A stretch of DNA of 64,000 nucleotides from Nitrospirota bacterium (GCA_963845245.1 CAWJRJ010000017.1:160001-224000), one strand, 5' to 3'. Positions 21,748 to 32,692 are shown, numbered from the stretch's first letter. The notes: generated from the letters alone by a model not told the origin. Numbers and translations are program-made.

Positions 21748-23678
21748 ATGCCTAAAAGACAGGTATACATAGAGCCGACCCCGCTTGGATGATGCGCTAT
21801 CAATATGGACGGCTGCCCTGAAGCAACGCGGGCTTCTGGCACCCCTTCCTGGCGCAATCCTCCCTGTTGATGATGCCCTTGGCAGGATAACCGCCGAAGC
21901 GGTTTCGGCAAGGATATCGTCTCCATACTTTCATTCAGCGGCCATGGACGGCGTCGCCGTGCGCTTCTCCGATACCATAGGCGCGTCGGATGGAAACCCG
22001 AAAAAGCTGAAGGTCGGCGACGAGGCTGTCTATGTGGATACCGGTGACCCGATGCCTGAAGGCATGGACGCGGTAATCATGGTCGAAGACATCGATGAGC
22101 TCGAGGACGGCCACATCGAGATAATAGAGCCTGCTACGCCGTGGCAGCACGTGCGTATAATAGGCGAAGACATCGTGGCGACCGAGCTTATCGTGCCTGA
22201 GAACCACGAGCTGAGGCCGGTCGACCTTGCCGCACTTCTCGCAGGCGGCGTGGTAGAGGTAAAGGTTCGGCGCAGGCCCAGGGTGGTGGTGATCCCGACA
22301 GGCAACGAACTGGTACAGCCGGGTATCGAACTAAGAAGGGGCGACATCATAGAGTACAACTCCCGCATGCTTGCCGGGATGGCCCGCGAGTGGGGGGCGG
22401 AGACGGTACGCTACGGCATAGTGCCGGACAACCTGGAGATGCTGAAGAAATACATATCTGGATGCCGCGGCGGAGGCAGACATAGTTATAGTGAACGCCG
22501 GTTCGTCTGCTGGCTCGGAGGACTATACCTGGCATGTTATAGGCGAGCTTGGCGAGACGGTCCTGCACGGCATAAACACGAAGCCTGGCAAGCCCGCAAT
22601 CCTGGGGTTTGTCAAGGGCAAGCCAGTCATAGGCGTACCAGGATATCCCGTGTCGGCATGGCTGGTCTTCAGGCTATTTGCAAGGAGGCTTATATACGCC
22701 ATGCAGGGGCGTGAGGCCCCGACGCCGCAGACCATGCCCGTAAAGCTCTCGAGGCAGATGGCGTCGTCGCTTGGCCAGGAGGAGTTTGTCAGGGTAAAGC
22801 TTGGGGAGGTAGGTGCGGAGGTGATAGCGACGCCTATTTCTCGTGGAGCAGGCGTGCTGATGTCGCTCGTGCGTGCGGACGGGATAATCAGGATACCGGC
22901 GGAGAGCGAGGGCCTTGCGGCCGGGAGCATCGTCGAAGCTGAGCTTCTTCGCCCAAAGGAAGATATTGAACATACGATAGTCTGCATCGGCAGCCACGAC
23001 AACGCCCTGGATGTCCTCGCGAACTTCCTGAAGAAAAGGCACCCGGAACTGAGCCTTTCATCCGCGCATGTCGGAAGCCTGGGCGGGATAATGGCGCTTA
23101 AAAGGGGCGAGGCGCATTTTGCAGGCTCGCACCTTCTCGATGAAGAGACCGGTGAATATAACGTAAGCTACCTCAAGAAATATATCGCGGATAAAAAGCC
23201 AGTACTTGTCAACCTCGTCTATCGCGAACAGGGGTTGCTCGTACCAAAAGGCAACCCCAAAGGCATAAAAGGGTTTGCAGACTTAAGCCGTGAGGATATT
23301 GTTTTTGTAAACAGGCAGGCGGGCGCTGGGACGCGGCTCCTCACCGACCTGCACCTCAAAAGGCTGGGGATAGTCCCCTCGGCGGTCAAGGGATACGAGC
23401 ACGAGGAGTACACCCACATGGGCGTTGCATCCGCAGTGTTGACGGGTGCGGCTGATACCGGGCTTGCCATCCTCGCCTCGGCCAACGCGCTTGGGCTTGA
23501 CTTCATACCGGTCGCACATGAGCGGTACGACCTGGTGATACCGGCTGAGCATATGGGTAACCCGATGGTTGTGGCAATGCTGGATATAATCCGGGGTGAC
23601 ACCGAATTCCGCGAGACGGTGAATGCGATGGGCGGCTACGACGTAAAAGACATGGGAAAGGTCCTCTGGGAAGGATAA
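21748..23678 (+). CDS. MoeA fused to a C-terminal periplasmic-binding-like (PBP) domain (two frameshifts)
   Basis: RBS and ATG at 21748; AAMDGVAV, NAGSSAGSEDY, KPGKP, then GSHD, GSLGG, FVNRQAGAGTR, ERYDL. Confidence 0.88.
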
Positions 23679-23683
23679 TCGAA

Positions 23684-25216
23684 ATGGGCGACCCCATGGT
23701 TAAAAAATATTTCCTGAAGCTTGCACCTCCATCGGCGGAAGACCCTGCCGCGGACCTTGAGCGGGTAATACGCGGGCTGGCTGAAGTATGCCCTCAGGAG
23801 TTTGACGTGCCTCTTTCAGTTGCCGCAAAGATACCCGTCGTGCTCAGGCAGTCAGGGTTTGAGATAACCGTGACGGCTTCATTTTTTGATGCCCCGCGTA
23901 TAATCGATGTGGAGCCGGGCGATACATCCGGCAGGTGCTTCGGACTTGCGATAGACCTCGGCACAACCAACGTTGTCGGAGTATTGCTTGACCTTGCGGA
24001 GGGCAGGCAGCTAGGCGAGTTTTCTGAGGTTAACCCGCAGATCGCACACGGCGAGGACATTCTTAACCGGATACATTTTTGCCTGAAAGACGGCAACCTG
24101 GAAGAGCTTCAAAGGCAGGCTGCCGGATGCATAAACTCTATCGCGCGCAGGCTTGCCGAGGCGGCCGGGATAGGCATGGATGATATCGACTGCGTCTCGG
24201 TATCTGGCAACACCACGATGGCCCACCTGTTCCTCGGGCTTGACCCATACAACATCTGCCGTGCGCCGTATGTCCCGGTAGCCAACCATTTCGGTTTTTT
24301 CCGGGCCGCCGACCTTGGTCTTGAGGTGAACCCGGAAGGCCCTGTATACGTGCTCCCGAACGTCGGGAGCTATGTAGGGGGAGACGTGCTTGCCGGGGTG
24401 CTCGTGTCCGGGATGCACGATAGGCCTGAGATTTCCCTCATGGTGGATGTCGGTACGAATGCAGAGATCGTGATCGGGAACAGTGATTGGTTGCTGGTCT
24501 GCGCCGGCGCAGCGGGCCCCGCGCTCGAAGGCGGGGTGGTGAAGTTCGGCATGAGGGCTATGCCCGGCGCCATAGACCGGATAAATATCAATCCGGAAAC
24601 CCTGAAGGTTGAATATTCCGTGATAGGGGGGCAGGGCGTCAAGCCAAAGGGCATGTGCGGTTCGGCCCTTATCGACCTGCTCGCGGAGCTTTTTCTGAAG
24701 GGCCTGTTGGACGGCAGGGGCAAGTTCGTCGAACCATTCCCGGCCGGAGTGCGTGAGACGGATGGCATCAGGGAATATGTCGTGGTCCCGGGGGCATCTG
24801 CAGATGCCGGTGAGGATATAGTTTTCACGGAGGCGGACATAGACAACCTGGTCAGGACGAAGGCCGCGATGTACACCGCACTGAACGTCGTGATCCGGGA
24901 GCTTGGCATGTCGTTCCACGACCTTGCCGAATTTAACATAGCAGGGACCTTCGGGGCGTATATTGCGGCCGACAAGGCTGTCGCTATCGGGATGGTCCCG
25001 GACATTGACCTTTCAAAATACAGGCTACTCGGCAACTCCTCCCTGGAAGGGGCATGCAAAACGCTGCTCGCAAGGGATGCGATAGCCGAGGTTGAACGGA
25101 TCGCCTCGATGATCACATACAAGGAATTGAACGTAAGCACGGACTTCATGAGCGAATTCCGTGCCGCGATGTTCCTGCCACATACCGACGCCTCGCTTTT
25201 TCCAAATGTCTCTTGA
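23684..25216 (+). CDS. ASKHA-fold ATPase of the RACo/DUF4445 family, lacking the N-terminal 2Fe-2S domain
   Basis: AIDLGTT, SGNTTM, VGGD, DVGTNAE, AAGPALEG, CGS, AGTFG, GNSSL. Confidence 0.85.
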   Translation: MGDPMVKKYFLKLAPPSAEDPAADLERVIRGLAEVCPQEFDVPLSVAAKIPVVLRQSGFEITVTASFFDAPRIIDVEPGDTSGRCFGLAIDLGTTNVVGVLLDLAEGRQLGEFSEVNPQIAHGEDILNRIHFCLKDGNLEELQRQAAGCINSIARRLAEAAGIGMDDIDCVSVSGNTTMAHLFLGLDPYNICRAPYVPVANHFGFFRAADLGLEVNPEGPVYVLPNVGSYVGGDVLAGVLVSGMHDRPEISLMVDVGTNAEIVIGNSDWLLVCAGAAGPALEGGVVKFGMRAMPGAIDRININPETLKVEYSVIGGQGVKPKGMCGSALIDLLAELFLKGLLDGRGKFVEPFPAGVRETDGIREYVVVPGASADAGEDIVFTEADIDNLVRTKAAMYTALNVVIRELGMSFHDLAEFNIAGTFGAYIAADKAVAIGMVPDIDLSKYRLLGNSSLEGACKTLLARDAIAEVERIASMITYKELNVSTDFMSEFRAAMFLPHTDASLFPNVS

Positions 25217-25224
25217 TTTTTTCC

Positions 25225-25274
25225 TTGACACTCGCGGTTAATCGTACTATTTTAGTCAACTTATAGGTTGGTTA
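25225..25274 (+). promoter_or_regulatory. Promoter and palindromic operator of the MerR-family gene
   Basis: TTGACA-N17-TATTTT followed by the near-palindrome CAACTTATAGGTTG (25257-25270). Confidence 0.5.
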
Positions 25275-25331
25275 TTATCTGAAATTTGGGTTTTCTTGTT
25301 AACAGCTTTTCGCAATTATCCAGGAGCGACA

Positions 25332-25752
25332 ATGGTTACCAGCAAAAAAGAGGAAGAAGAAAAGAAGAGCATGCCCTTGTACCCGATAAGCATCGCAGCG
25401 GAGCTGATAGGGACGACCGACCAGACGCTGACGGCTGTATGAGAAGCACGGGCTGATAACGCCCACCAGGAGGAACAAAAACAGGTTCTATTCGGATAAC
25501 GACATCAAGTGGCTCAAATGCGCACGTCAGCTTATCCATGAGAAAAAGATAAGCATCGAAGGCGTGAAGAAACTTCTCGAATATGCCCCATGCTGGGAGA
25601 TACAGGAATGTCCGGAAGACAAACGTAATGCCTGTTCTGCCTATATTGACAAGTCAAAGCCGTGCTGGGAGGTTGCGAGGACCCGTTGCAAGAGCGGCAT
25701 CGAGTGTGATAAATGCATTGTTTACTTGGCCGGTATGAAGAAAAAGAGATAG
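25332..25752 (+). CDS. MerR/HspR-like regulator with a C-terminal Cys-rich two-CW domain (one frameshift near 25430)
   Basis: MPLYPISIAAELIGTTDQTL/RLYEKHGLITPTRRNKNRFYSDNDIKWL, then PCWE..C..C..Y..PCWE..C..C..C. Confidence 0.8.
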
Positions 25753-25804
25753 TCGACCTTGTTTTTTATTGACAACCTGACGGCAATTTTGCAATAATCC
25801 AAAC

Positions 25805-25923
25805 CACTGCTTTATAGCGCACCTTATGGTCAAGACTTTAGGATTATTGTTTGCTGTCCGGAATTATTCCTCCCGAACAGCCCCCCAAAGGTCCCGGCTC
25901 GCCAAATTGCCGGGACCTTTTTT
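25805..25923 (+). ncRNA. Candidate small RNA
   Basis: Own promoter (TTGACA at 25769; TG-c-AATAAT), internal hairpin with TTCCTCCC, 12-bp terminator with a T run; no RBS-led ORF. Confidence 0.5.
25887..25923 (+). terminator. Intrinsic terminator
   Basis: AAAGGTCCCGGC-N10-GCCGGGACCTTT-TTT. Confidence 0.8.
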
Positions 25924-26035
25924 AATCCAATATTCCCCTTCTTCTGTTGACATTATGCCTCTAATTTCATAAAGTAAGTGATATCAATCAATTATGCGTC
26001 GTTTTATGCTGGCGGACGATGCGAAAAATGTCTAG

Positions 26036-27072
26036 GTGCGAGTTAACGTATTGTTCAAACTAAAAAACATAGATTCCGCGACGATGTTCTGGTACTCCGT
26101 AGCTTTTGTCGTCCTGGTTGTGATTGCCGGGACTGCGGGGTACTCCTATGTTGAAGGCTGGAATCTCCTCGACTCGCTTTTCATGACCCTCACTACGATC
26201 ACGACCATTGGATATGGGGAGGTGCATCCGCTTACCCAAACAGGGGTAGTCTTCACTATCTTCCTGATAATATTCGGGGTAGGCACAGTCGCGTTCGCCG
26301 TCAGAAACGCCACAAGGATGATGCTTGAAGGGGAGTTCAGGAATCTACTCGGGAGGAACAAGGTGGAGCAGAAGATAAAGAAACTTAAAGACCACTATAT
26401 AGTCTGCGGGTTCGGCAGGATGGGCAGGCTGATATGCCGGGAACTCGAACGCAAGCCCGTCCCCTTCGTGAGTAATAGAGAAGAACACCGATAACATTAC
26501 CGAGGCCGAATGGGAGTCGAACCTTATCATCAAGGGCGACGCGGACAAGGACGACGTGCTGATGCAGGCGGGGATCGACAGGGCCAAAGGGCTTATAACT
26601 GTGGTCTCCACGGATGCGGACAACCTCTACATAGTGCTTACCGCAAGGGGCCTGAACCCAGACCTTTACATTGTCGCAAGGGCAGGTGAGGACGGTTCTG
26701 AAAAGAAGCTTCATACGCGCTGGCGCGAGCAAGGTTATCTCGCCGTACCTTATAGGCGCGGACAGGATGGCGCAGGCGGTTCTAAGGCCGGCGGTGGTTG
26801 ACTTCATAGAGTTCGCGACCCAGTCAGAGAACCTTGAGCTCAAGATGGAGGAAGTAACGATAAACTCCGGGTCTTCGCTTGCGGGGCAGGCGATAAACAA
26901 GAGCGGCATCAGGCAGGACCTCGGGATAATAATAGTGGCCATCAAGCGAAGCGACGGCAGGATGGAATTCAACCCAAGCCCTGAGTCCATCCTTCACGGG
27001 GGCGACTGCCTTATCGCATTAGGCCAGCCGGCGCAGCTCAAGGTGCTGGAAGAGATTACAAACGGGAGGTAG
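26036..27072 (+). CDS. Potassium channel with TrkA-N/TrkA-C (RCK) domains (two frameshifts)
   Basis: TTIGYG selectivity filter, HYIVCGFGRMG, RCK-C domain. Confidence 0.9.
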
Positions 27073-27076
27073 ACCG

Positions 27077-27301
27077 ATGCCTGGGCTCGGCTCGTTCGGC
27101 AGGCTGCTTGTGATATCAGGCGCGGTCCTTGTTCTGGTAGGGCTTGTCTTCATGCTTTCCGGAAAGATACCGTGGTTTGGCAGGCTGCCGGGTGACATAT
27201 ACATTAAAAAGAAGAGCGTCACCTTCTATATCCCACTGGGCACGAGCATACTATTAAGCATCATCCTCTCATTGATACTCTGGTTTATTAACAGGAAGTA
27301 G
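27077..27301 (+). CDS. DUF2905 family small membrane protein
   Basis: GRLPGDI...FYIPLGTSILLS. Confidence 0.85.
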   Translation: MPGLGSFGRLLVISGAVLVLVGLVFMLSGKIPWFGRLPGDIYIKKKSVTFYIPLGTSILLSIILSLILWFINRK

Positions 27302-28438
27302 ATGTACATAATACCCGCTATATTATTACTGGTCCTATCCATCGCAACCCCAGCCATCGCGCAGCAGGAGACTATACGTATCCTGATGCTGGACAATCTC
27401 CCCTCGGTCACGCTTGATATCCCGGATGATTACTGCATTAAGGATACCGGAGAAGAAACCGCGCTTGACGGCGGCTCGACTGACGGTAAAAAGCTTGTGT
27501 TGGACGGCCGCGAAAAGTCTCCTGAGGCGGTACGGATAAATGCGTCAGGGTCCGTGGTGAACATAAACGCATTTGCCCTTACAGGCATGATCGACATAAG
27601 GAAGAACAAAAAGGGCTCCTATCAGGTTATAAACGAGCTTGGCCTTGAAGACTATGTCAGGGCGGTGGTCGGTGAAGAGATGTCTTCCCGGTGGCCCCTG
27701 GAGGCATTGAAGGCACAGGCCGTAATCGCAAGGACGTATGCTCTTTACCGGAAGTCAAAGTCTACGTCATCCCTGTACGACCTCTCGGCGACGGTTGATT
27801 CGCAGATGTTTACCGGAGACGCGCGGGACAAGCAGGGCCCGGCCGCCGCGGCCAGAGACACAGCGGGCGAGGTGCTTACCTACGAGGGCGAGGTCATAGA
27901 GACTGTGTATCACTCCGCCTGCGGGGGCGAGACCGAGAAGGCAAAAGATGTGTGGGACAGGGATTATCCTTATCTTAAATCACAGGACTGCCCGTGCGGG
28001 AAAGAGTCCCCATATGCCAGGTGGGAAAAAACATTTGCAATAAAGGAGATCGAGAGGGCTTTGGCCGCCGGAGGGTATTCTGTGTCCGGCATAAGCAGGA
28101 TACGCATCCTCGATAGGAGCGATACCAAAAGAGTCAAAATGGTGAAGGTGAGTGCTTCATCCGGCAGCATAAATATCAAGGGTATCGATTTCAGGCGGCT
28201 ACTGGGGTACTCAAAACTTCCAAGCACCGCGTTCGAGGTGAGGAAGGAAGATTCAAAGTTTATTTTCTCCGGCAAGGGCTCCGGACATGGCGTCGGGCTT
28301 TGTCAGTGGGGCGCGAAGGTCATGGCCGATGAAGGCAAAGGCTACCGTGAGATACTGGAACATTACTACCCCGGTACTGTCCTTGTAAATACAAATGCAC
28401 TAAGTTCGCAAGCCGTGGATACTGCACATGCTGATTGA
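27302..28438 (+). CDS. SpoIID/LytB domain protein
   Basis: LEDYV..VV.EEM, EALKAQAVIARTYA, YHSACGG, GHGVGLCQWGA, HYYPG. Confidence 0.92.
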   Translation: MYIIPAILLLVLSIATPAIAQQETIRILMLDNLPSVTLDIPDDYCIKDTGEETALDGGSTDGKKLVLDGREKSPEAVRINASGSVVNINAFALTGMIDIRKNKKGSYQVINELGLEDYVRAVVGEEMSSRWPLEALKAQAVIARTYALYRKSKSTSSLYDLSATVDSQMFTGDARDKQGPAAAARDTAGEVLTYEGEVIETVYHSACGGETEKAKDVWDRDYPYLKSQDCPCGKESPYARWEKTFAIKEIERALAAGGYSVSGISRIRILDRSDTKRVKMVKVSASSGSINIKGIDFRRLLGYSKLPSTAFEVRKEDSKFIFSGKGSGHGVGLCQWGAKVMADEGKGYREILEHYYPGTVLVNTNALSSQAVDTAHAD

Positions 28439-29456
28439 CGAGTTTGATTTCACCCTGCCCGACGAACTGATTGCACAAGAGCCTTCCAGAGAACGGGACT
28501 CATCGAGGCTCATGGTTTTAAACCGTGCAAACGGTTTTGTCGAGCATAAAGTTTTTCACGATTTACCGGGTTATTTCAGGCCGGGTGACGTGCTTGTCAT
28601 AAACAACACCAAAGTATATCCTGCAAGGGTCAAGGGCGTGAAATCCGGTACCGGGGGCGCTGTTGAGGCGCTTCTAGCAAAGGACCTGGGTGGCGGTAAC
28701 TTCGAAGCCCTTGTAAGAGGAAAGATTAGAGAGGGCTCTGGGATAGTTTTTGATGGCGGACTCGATGCTATGGCTGGCAAAGACCTGGGCGGCGGCAGGT
28801 GGGTGATAAGCTTTTCCATGAAAGATGGGCTGGACGAGGCCATAGATGCGGTCGGAAGGATGCCTCTCCCACCGTATATCAGCCAGGATGGAAGGGGCGA
28901 GGAGTTTGACAGGGAACGATACCAGACTGTGTACGCAGCCGAGCGTGGCGCTGTTGCGGCACCTACTGCGGGCCTGCACTTCACCGGCGGGCTTCTTGAC
29001 CGCATCCGGGAGTCAGGTGTCCTGGTAGCCCCGATCACGCTTCATGTGGGCATCGGCACATTCATGCCGGTACGTGAAAGCGTGGTAGAGCGGCACGTGA
29101 TGCACGAGGAGCAGTACAGCATATCTTCTTCATCCGCGGAGTTGATAAACTCTGCCAGGAGGCGCGGCGGGAGGGTGTTCGCAGTCGGCACGACCAGCGC
29201 ACGTGCAATAGAGTCGGCCTCGTCGGCGGACGGGGAGGTAAAGGCATGCGGAGGGGAGACCGGAATATTCATTTATCCGGGTTACAAATTCAAGGCGGTC
29301 GACGCGCTCATAACTAATTTTCACCTTCCCAAATCAACCCTCCTTATGCTAGTATGTGCTTTGGCCGGGACGGAAAATGTGTTCGCCGCCTATGCAGTGG
29401 CCGTGAAGGAAAAATACCGTTTTTACAGCTATGGCGACGCAATGCTTGTAATATAG
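28428..29456 (+). CDS. queA: SAM:tRNA ribosyltransferase-isomerase
   Basis: LPPYI, YQTVYA, AAPTAGLHF, TLHVG, TNFHLPKSTL, YRFYSYGDAM. Confidence 0.96.
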   Translation: MLIDEFDFTLPDELIAQEPSRERDSSRLMVLNRANGFVEHKVFHDLPGYFRPGDVLVINNTKVYPARVKGVKSGTGGAVEALLAKDLGGGNFEALVRGKIREGSGIVFDGGLDAMAGKDLGGGRWVISFSMKDGLDEAIDAVGRMPLPPYISQDGRGEEFDRERYQTVYAAERGAVAAPTAGLHFTGGLLDRIRESGVLVAPITLHVGIGTFMPVRESVVERHVMHEEQYSISSSSAELINSARRRGGRVFAVGTTSARAIESASSADGEVKACGGETGIFIYPGYKFKAVDALITNFHLPKSTLLMLVCALAGTENVFAAYAVAVKEKYRFYSYGDAMLVI

Positions 29457-29465
29457 GGTGATGAA

Positions 29466-30129
29466 TTGAAAGAGCTTGGAAAGCTAAAAGACAGTTACGA
29501 CTTTTCGTTTGATGCACGTAAACTGGGGCTGGTCCTTCTTGGGGCATCCGCCGTTGCCGCGCTGGTATTCGTGCTTGGTGTCAGCGTTGGGCTTCAGTGG
29601 GAGAGGAAAAAGTCTGAGGGCAGGCAAAAGTTAGCCATGGCGGCAATGCCTGTAAAACCTGCTCCAGTCGCCCCTCAACTGCCAACTGCCCCGCCGGTAT
29701 ACAAGCCGGTAACGGCCGTACCGCCGCCGCCCGTGGCGCCTCCAGTCCTGCCGGTGAAACCCGAGACCGGGAACGGTCACGATAAGAAGAAAGAGGCCGT
29801 CCAGGACAACCTCACTTATCCCAAAGTCCTGACCTCGAACTCCAAAAACACCGCTCCTTTGACACCTGAAAAGAAAAAGGCGGCAAATGGAGGCAGATAT
29901 ACCGTACAACTCAGCGCCTATAATGATGAATCGGCGGCAAAGGCAAAGGCTGATAAGCTGAAAAAGAAAGGGGTTTGATGCAAGAGTGTATACGGCGGAA
30001 GGCAAGAAGGGTGGCTACAACTACAAAGTCCATATCGGGAGTTTCGGGACCAGGGAAGAAGCTGTCGCACTTTCAAAAAAGCTGAAGGAATCAGAGAAAT
30101 GTTCTCCATTCGTGACAAGCGAGAACTAG
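29466..30129 (+). CDS. SPOR-domain cell-division protein (frameshifted in the SPOR domain)
   Basis: Single TM, Pro-rich linker, YTVQLSAY...A..LKKKG/FDA...YKVHIGSF..REEA. Confidence 0.8.
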
Positions 30130-30130
30130 C

Positions 30131-31474
30131 GTGAAAAGGGAGTTTAAAGATTTGTTTAAGAATTATGCGTTTATTATCATCTCTGTTATCATACTTATAC
30201 TGTCCTCGGCAATCGTTACATTTGCCCAGGATAAGCCTGTCGAAAGGAAGCTCCTTGCAAATGGAATGACCGTGTTATTCCAGGAAGACACGGATGAGCC
30301 TGCGTCGGTCTGCCTTTTTATTAAGGCTGGCCCGGCAAGTGAAACTAAAGATAATTACGGCATCACGCGTCTTCTTAACAACGTGTTGCTTTCAATAGAC
30401 CCGTTAGGCAACTCAAACCCGCCGACGATGAGGGTCGAGCAGACCGGGGCCATATTAAATGCTGAAACATCTTCCGAATACTCATGCTTCAAGCTCTCTG
30501 TGCCTTCAAGAAACCTCCCTGCAGCATTAAAAGCTCTTGCAGATGTATTCAGAGGACGCAGCTTTACCGATGCCTCGGTGTTGCGCGAGAAAGAGGCTGT
30601 CGTGTCTTCACGCATGCGTGCGGAAGACCGCTTCGAAGAAAGAGTGGTCAGGACATATGTGGAAAGTACCTTGGAGGATTCCAGGCATCTTCTTATTACC
30701 GAAGGGGATAAGGGGACCGTCTCAGGTTTGGGAGCAAAGCAGCTTGACGCGTGGTATAATGCCAATTACCAGCCTGGGAACATGGTCATTTCCGTCTGTG
30801 GCAAGCTGAACCCTGTATCAACTTTTAAACAGGTAGAAGCGTCTTTTAATGGTGCAGGAACGGGCAAACATCCCTCCGTGCGTTTGGCCTCTATGCCTGC
30901 AGCTACTGCCGGCAGGTTTGATGTAGAGTCTCCTGCGGGTTTTTCGGCGGTATTACTTGGTTACGCAGCACCTCCCATAGGTACCCAGGATTATGCGGCA
31001 ATGTCCGTGGCTGAATCCCTCCTTGCATGCGGCATGGGCTCCAGCATGTTCAGAAAGTTAAGGAACGATTCTGTTTCTGCATACGGGTTCGGCAGCTTGA
31101 TGCCTGTGATCTCGTCTGGCCCCTCACGTCTGGTCCTTTATGCAGTTGCGGAAGATGGCGGTTGTGAGCCGGTCAAGGCAATACTGAACGAATGCGTTGA
31201 CGAACTCAAAGCTGGCGCTTTCAGCAATGACGACCTTGGTCGTGCGAAGTCAGTGTTGACAGGAAGGGCCTCGGCAAAAAGAGAGTCTAATTTCGGGAAG
31301 GCATGGACTGCAGGGTTTTATGACGTCATGGGCCTGGGCCAGGAATACGGGGCAGACTTTGAGAAACAGGTCGGAAGGCTTGGCAAGGACGATCTTGCAA
31401 GGGTGTCCGGGAGATATTTGGACAGACGCTGCGAGGTCGTTCTAAAACCCAGGAGCAACCCAAGCCCATACTGA
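30131..31474 (+). CDS. M16 peptidase-like protein, probably catalytically inactive
   Basis: LANGM, GxxxE, YQPGNMVISVCG, GMGSSMFRKLR; HxxEH is replaced by RLLNN. Confidence 0.78.
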   Translation: MKREFKDLFKNYAFIIISVIILILSSAIVTFAQDKPVERKLLANGMTVLFQEDTDEPASVCLFIKAGPASETKDNYGITRLLNNVLLSIDPLGNSNPPTMRVEQTGAILNAETSSEYSCFKLSVPSRNLPAALKALADVFRGRSFTDASVLREKEAVVSSRMRAEDRFEERVVRTYVESTLEDSRHLLITEGDKGTVSGLGAKQLDAWYNANYQPGNMVISVCGKLNPVSTFKQVEASFNGAGTGKHPSVRLASMPAATAGRFDVESPAGFSAVLLGYAAPPIGTQDYAAMSVAESLLACGMGSSMFRKLRNDSVSAYGFGSLMPVISSGPSRLVLYAVAEDGGCEPVKAILNECVDELKAGAFSNDDLGRAKSVLTGRASAKRESNFGKAWTAGFYDVMGLGQEYGADFEKQVGRLGKDDLARVSGRYLDRRCEVVLKPRSNPSPY

Positions 31475-31548
31475 TCCGGAACCAATTTGATTTTATTGTT
31501 TATGAAAAAGAAACATATACCAGAGGCAGGCAAATCTCGGAGGTTGAC

Positions 31549-32640
31549 ATGATAGTTTCATGTTCTGGGTGCGGCGTAAAACTCAAGATCGACGAATCCA
31601 AAATAAAAGAGGGCGGGTCAAAGCTTAAATGCCCGAAGTGCGCCACGATCTTTACGGTCTTCAAGCCAGAGGCCCCGGCTGAAGCGCAGACCCAACCCAT
31701 GCCTCCACCTCCCCCGCTACAACCCCAGGCGCCTCCACCTCCGCCTGTCATGCAGGAGAGGCCGCCCGTACCGCCTCCCATGCCAGAGGAAAAGCCGGTT
31801 GCTCAGGCCCCGGCGTGGCAGCTTAACAGACAGAAGATAGTTGTCGCACATGACGGGGAATCCGTCCGCGTACTGATAAAGGGACTTCTCGACGAAGCTG
31901 GATACGAGACGATAACTGCCTCTGAAGGCATCGAGGCCATGATCGCTATAGAGAGAGAAAAGCCGTTCATGGTGATACTTGACGTTGCCCTGCCCAGGAT
32001 TTACGGCTTTGAGATATGCGACCGGTTGAAGAACAATGCGGAGTCAAAAGACATCAAGATTATACTGATCGCCTCCATCTATGACAAGACCCGCTACAAG
32101 AGGGAGCCAATGAGCCTCTATGGAGCGGACGACTATATAGAGAAGCATCACATACAGGATTGTATCGTCGACAAGGTGCGCAGGGTTTCGAGCCTACAGG
32201 ACTCTCCCGGCTTCAAGTCGTCTGCTAGGGAGGAGGAGTTCTGTTCTCCCCCTCCAACTGAAGAGATGCCGGTGCGCATGAAACAGGCGGAAGCTATGCG
32301 CACGGACGAGATAAGGGTGGCACCCGCGCCACCAGTTGCCGCGCCCCCGGCTGCTGCCGCACCGTCGCCCACAGCATCGGTCGACCCCCAGCTAGTAGAG
32401 GCGGCAAGGCGTTTCTCCCGGATAATATTCTCTGATATAGCGCTCTACAACCAGGGTGCCATAGAAGAGGGCGTCAGAAACGGCAACCTCCGCGAGTTAC
32501 TGGCGGCCGAGCTTAAAGAGGGCCGGGACCTTTACAACGGCAGGGTCTCTGAGGAAGTCCGGGCAACGCTGGACTATTTCGACGATGAGCTGGAAAAATT
32601 CATAGAAAAGAAGAAAAGCATGCTGGAATTAGGCGGATGA
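31549..32640 (+). CDS. Zinc-ribbon (MJ0042-type) receiver-domain protein
   Basis: CSGC...CPKC, Pro-rich linker, REC (ILDVALP), C-terminal helical [16 protein letters not shown] domain. Confidence 0.85.
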   Translation: MIVSCSGCGVKLKIDESKIKEGGSKLKCPKCATIFTVFKPEAPAEAQTQPMPPPPPLQPQAPPPPPVMQERPPVPPPMPEEKPVAQAPAWQLNRQKIVVAHDGESVRVLIKGLLDEAGYETITASEGIEAMIAIEREKPFMVILDVALPRIYGFEICDRLKNNAESKDIKIILIASIYDKTRYKREPMSLYGADDYIEKHHIQDCIVDKVRRVSSLQDSPGFKSSAREEEFCSPPPTEEMPVRMKQAEAMRTDEIRVAPAPPVAAPPAAAAPSPTASVDPQLVEAARRFSRIIFSDIALYNQGAIEEGVRNGNLRELLAAELKEGRDLYNGRVSEEVRATLDYFDDELEKFIEKKKSMLELGG

Positions 32641-32692
32641 GTCTAAAAAGCCTTGACAGATGGTGCAACCTCTTGTAACATTACCAGATTGT

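Noticed and set aside
25826..25972. ~48-aa ORF MVKTLGLL...
   Set aside because: It has no SD and reads through a strong terminator
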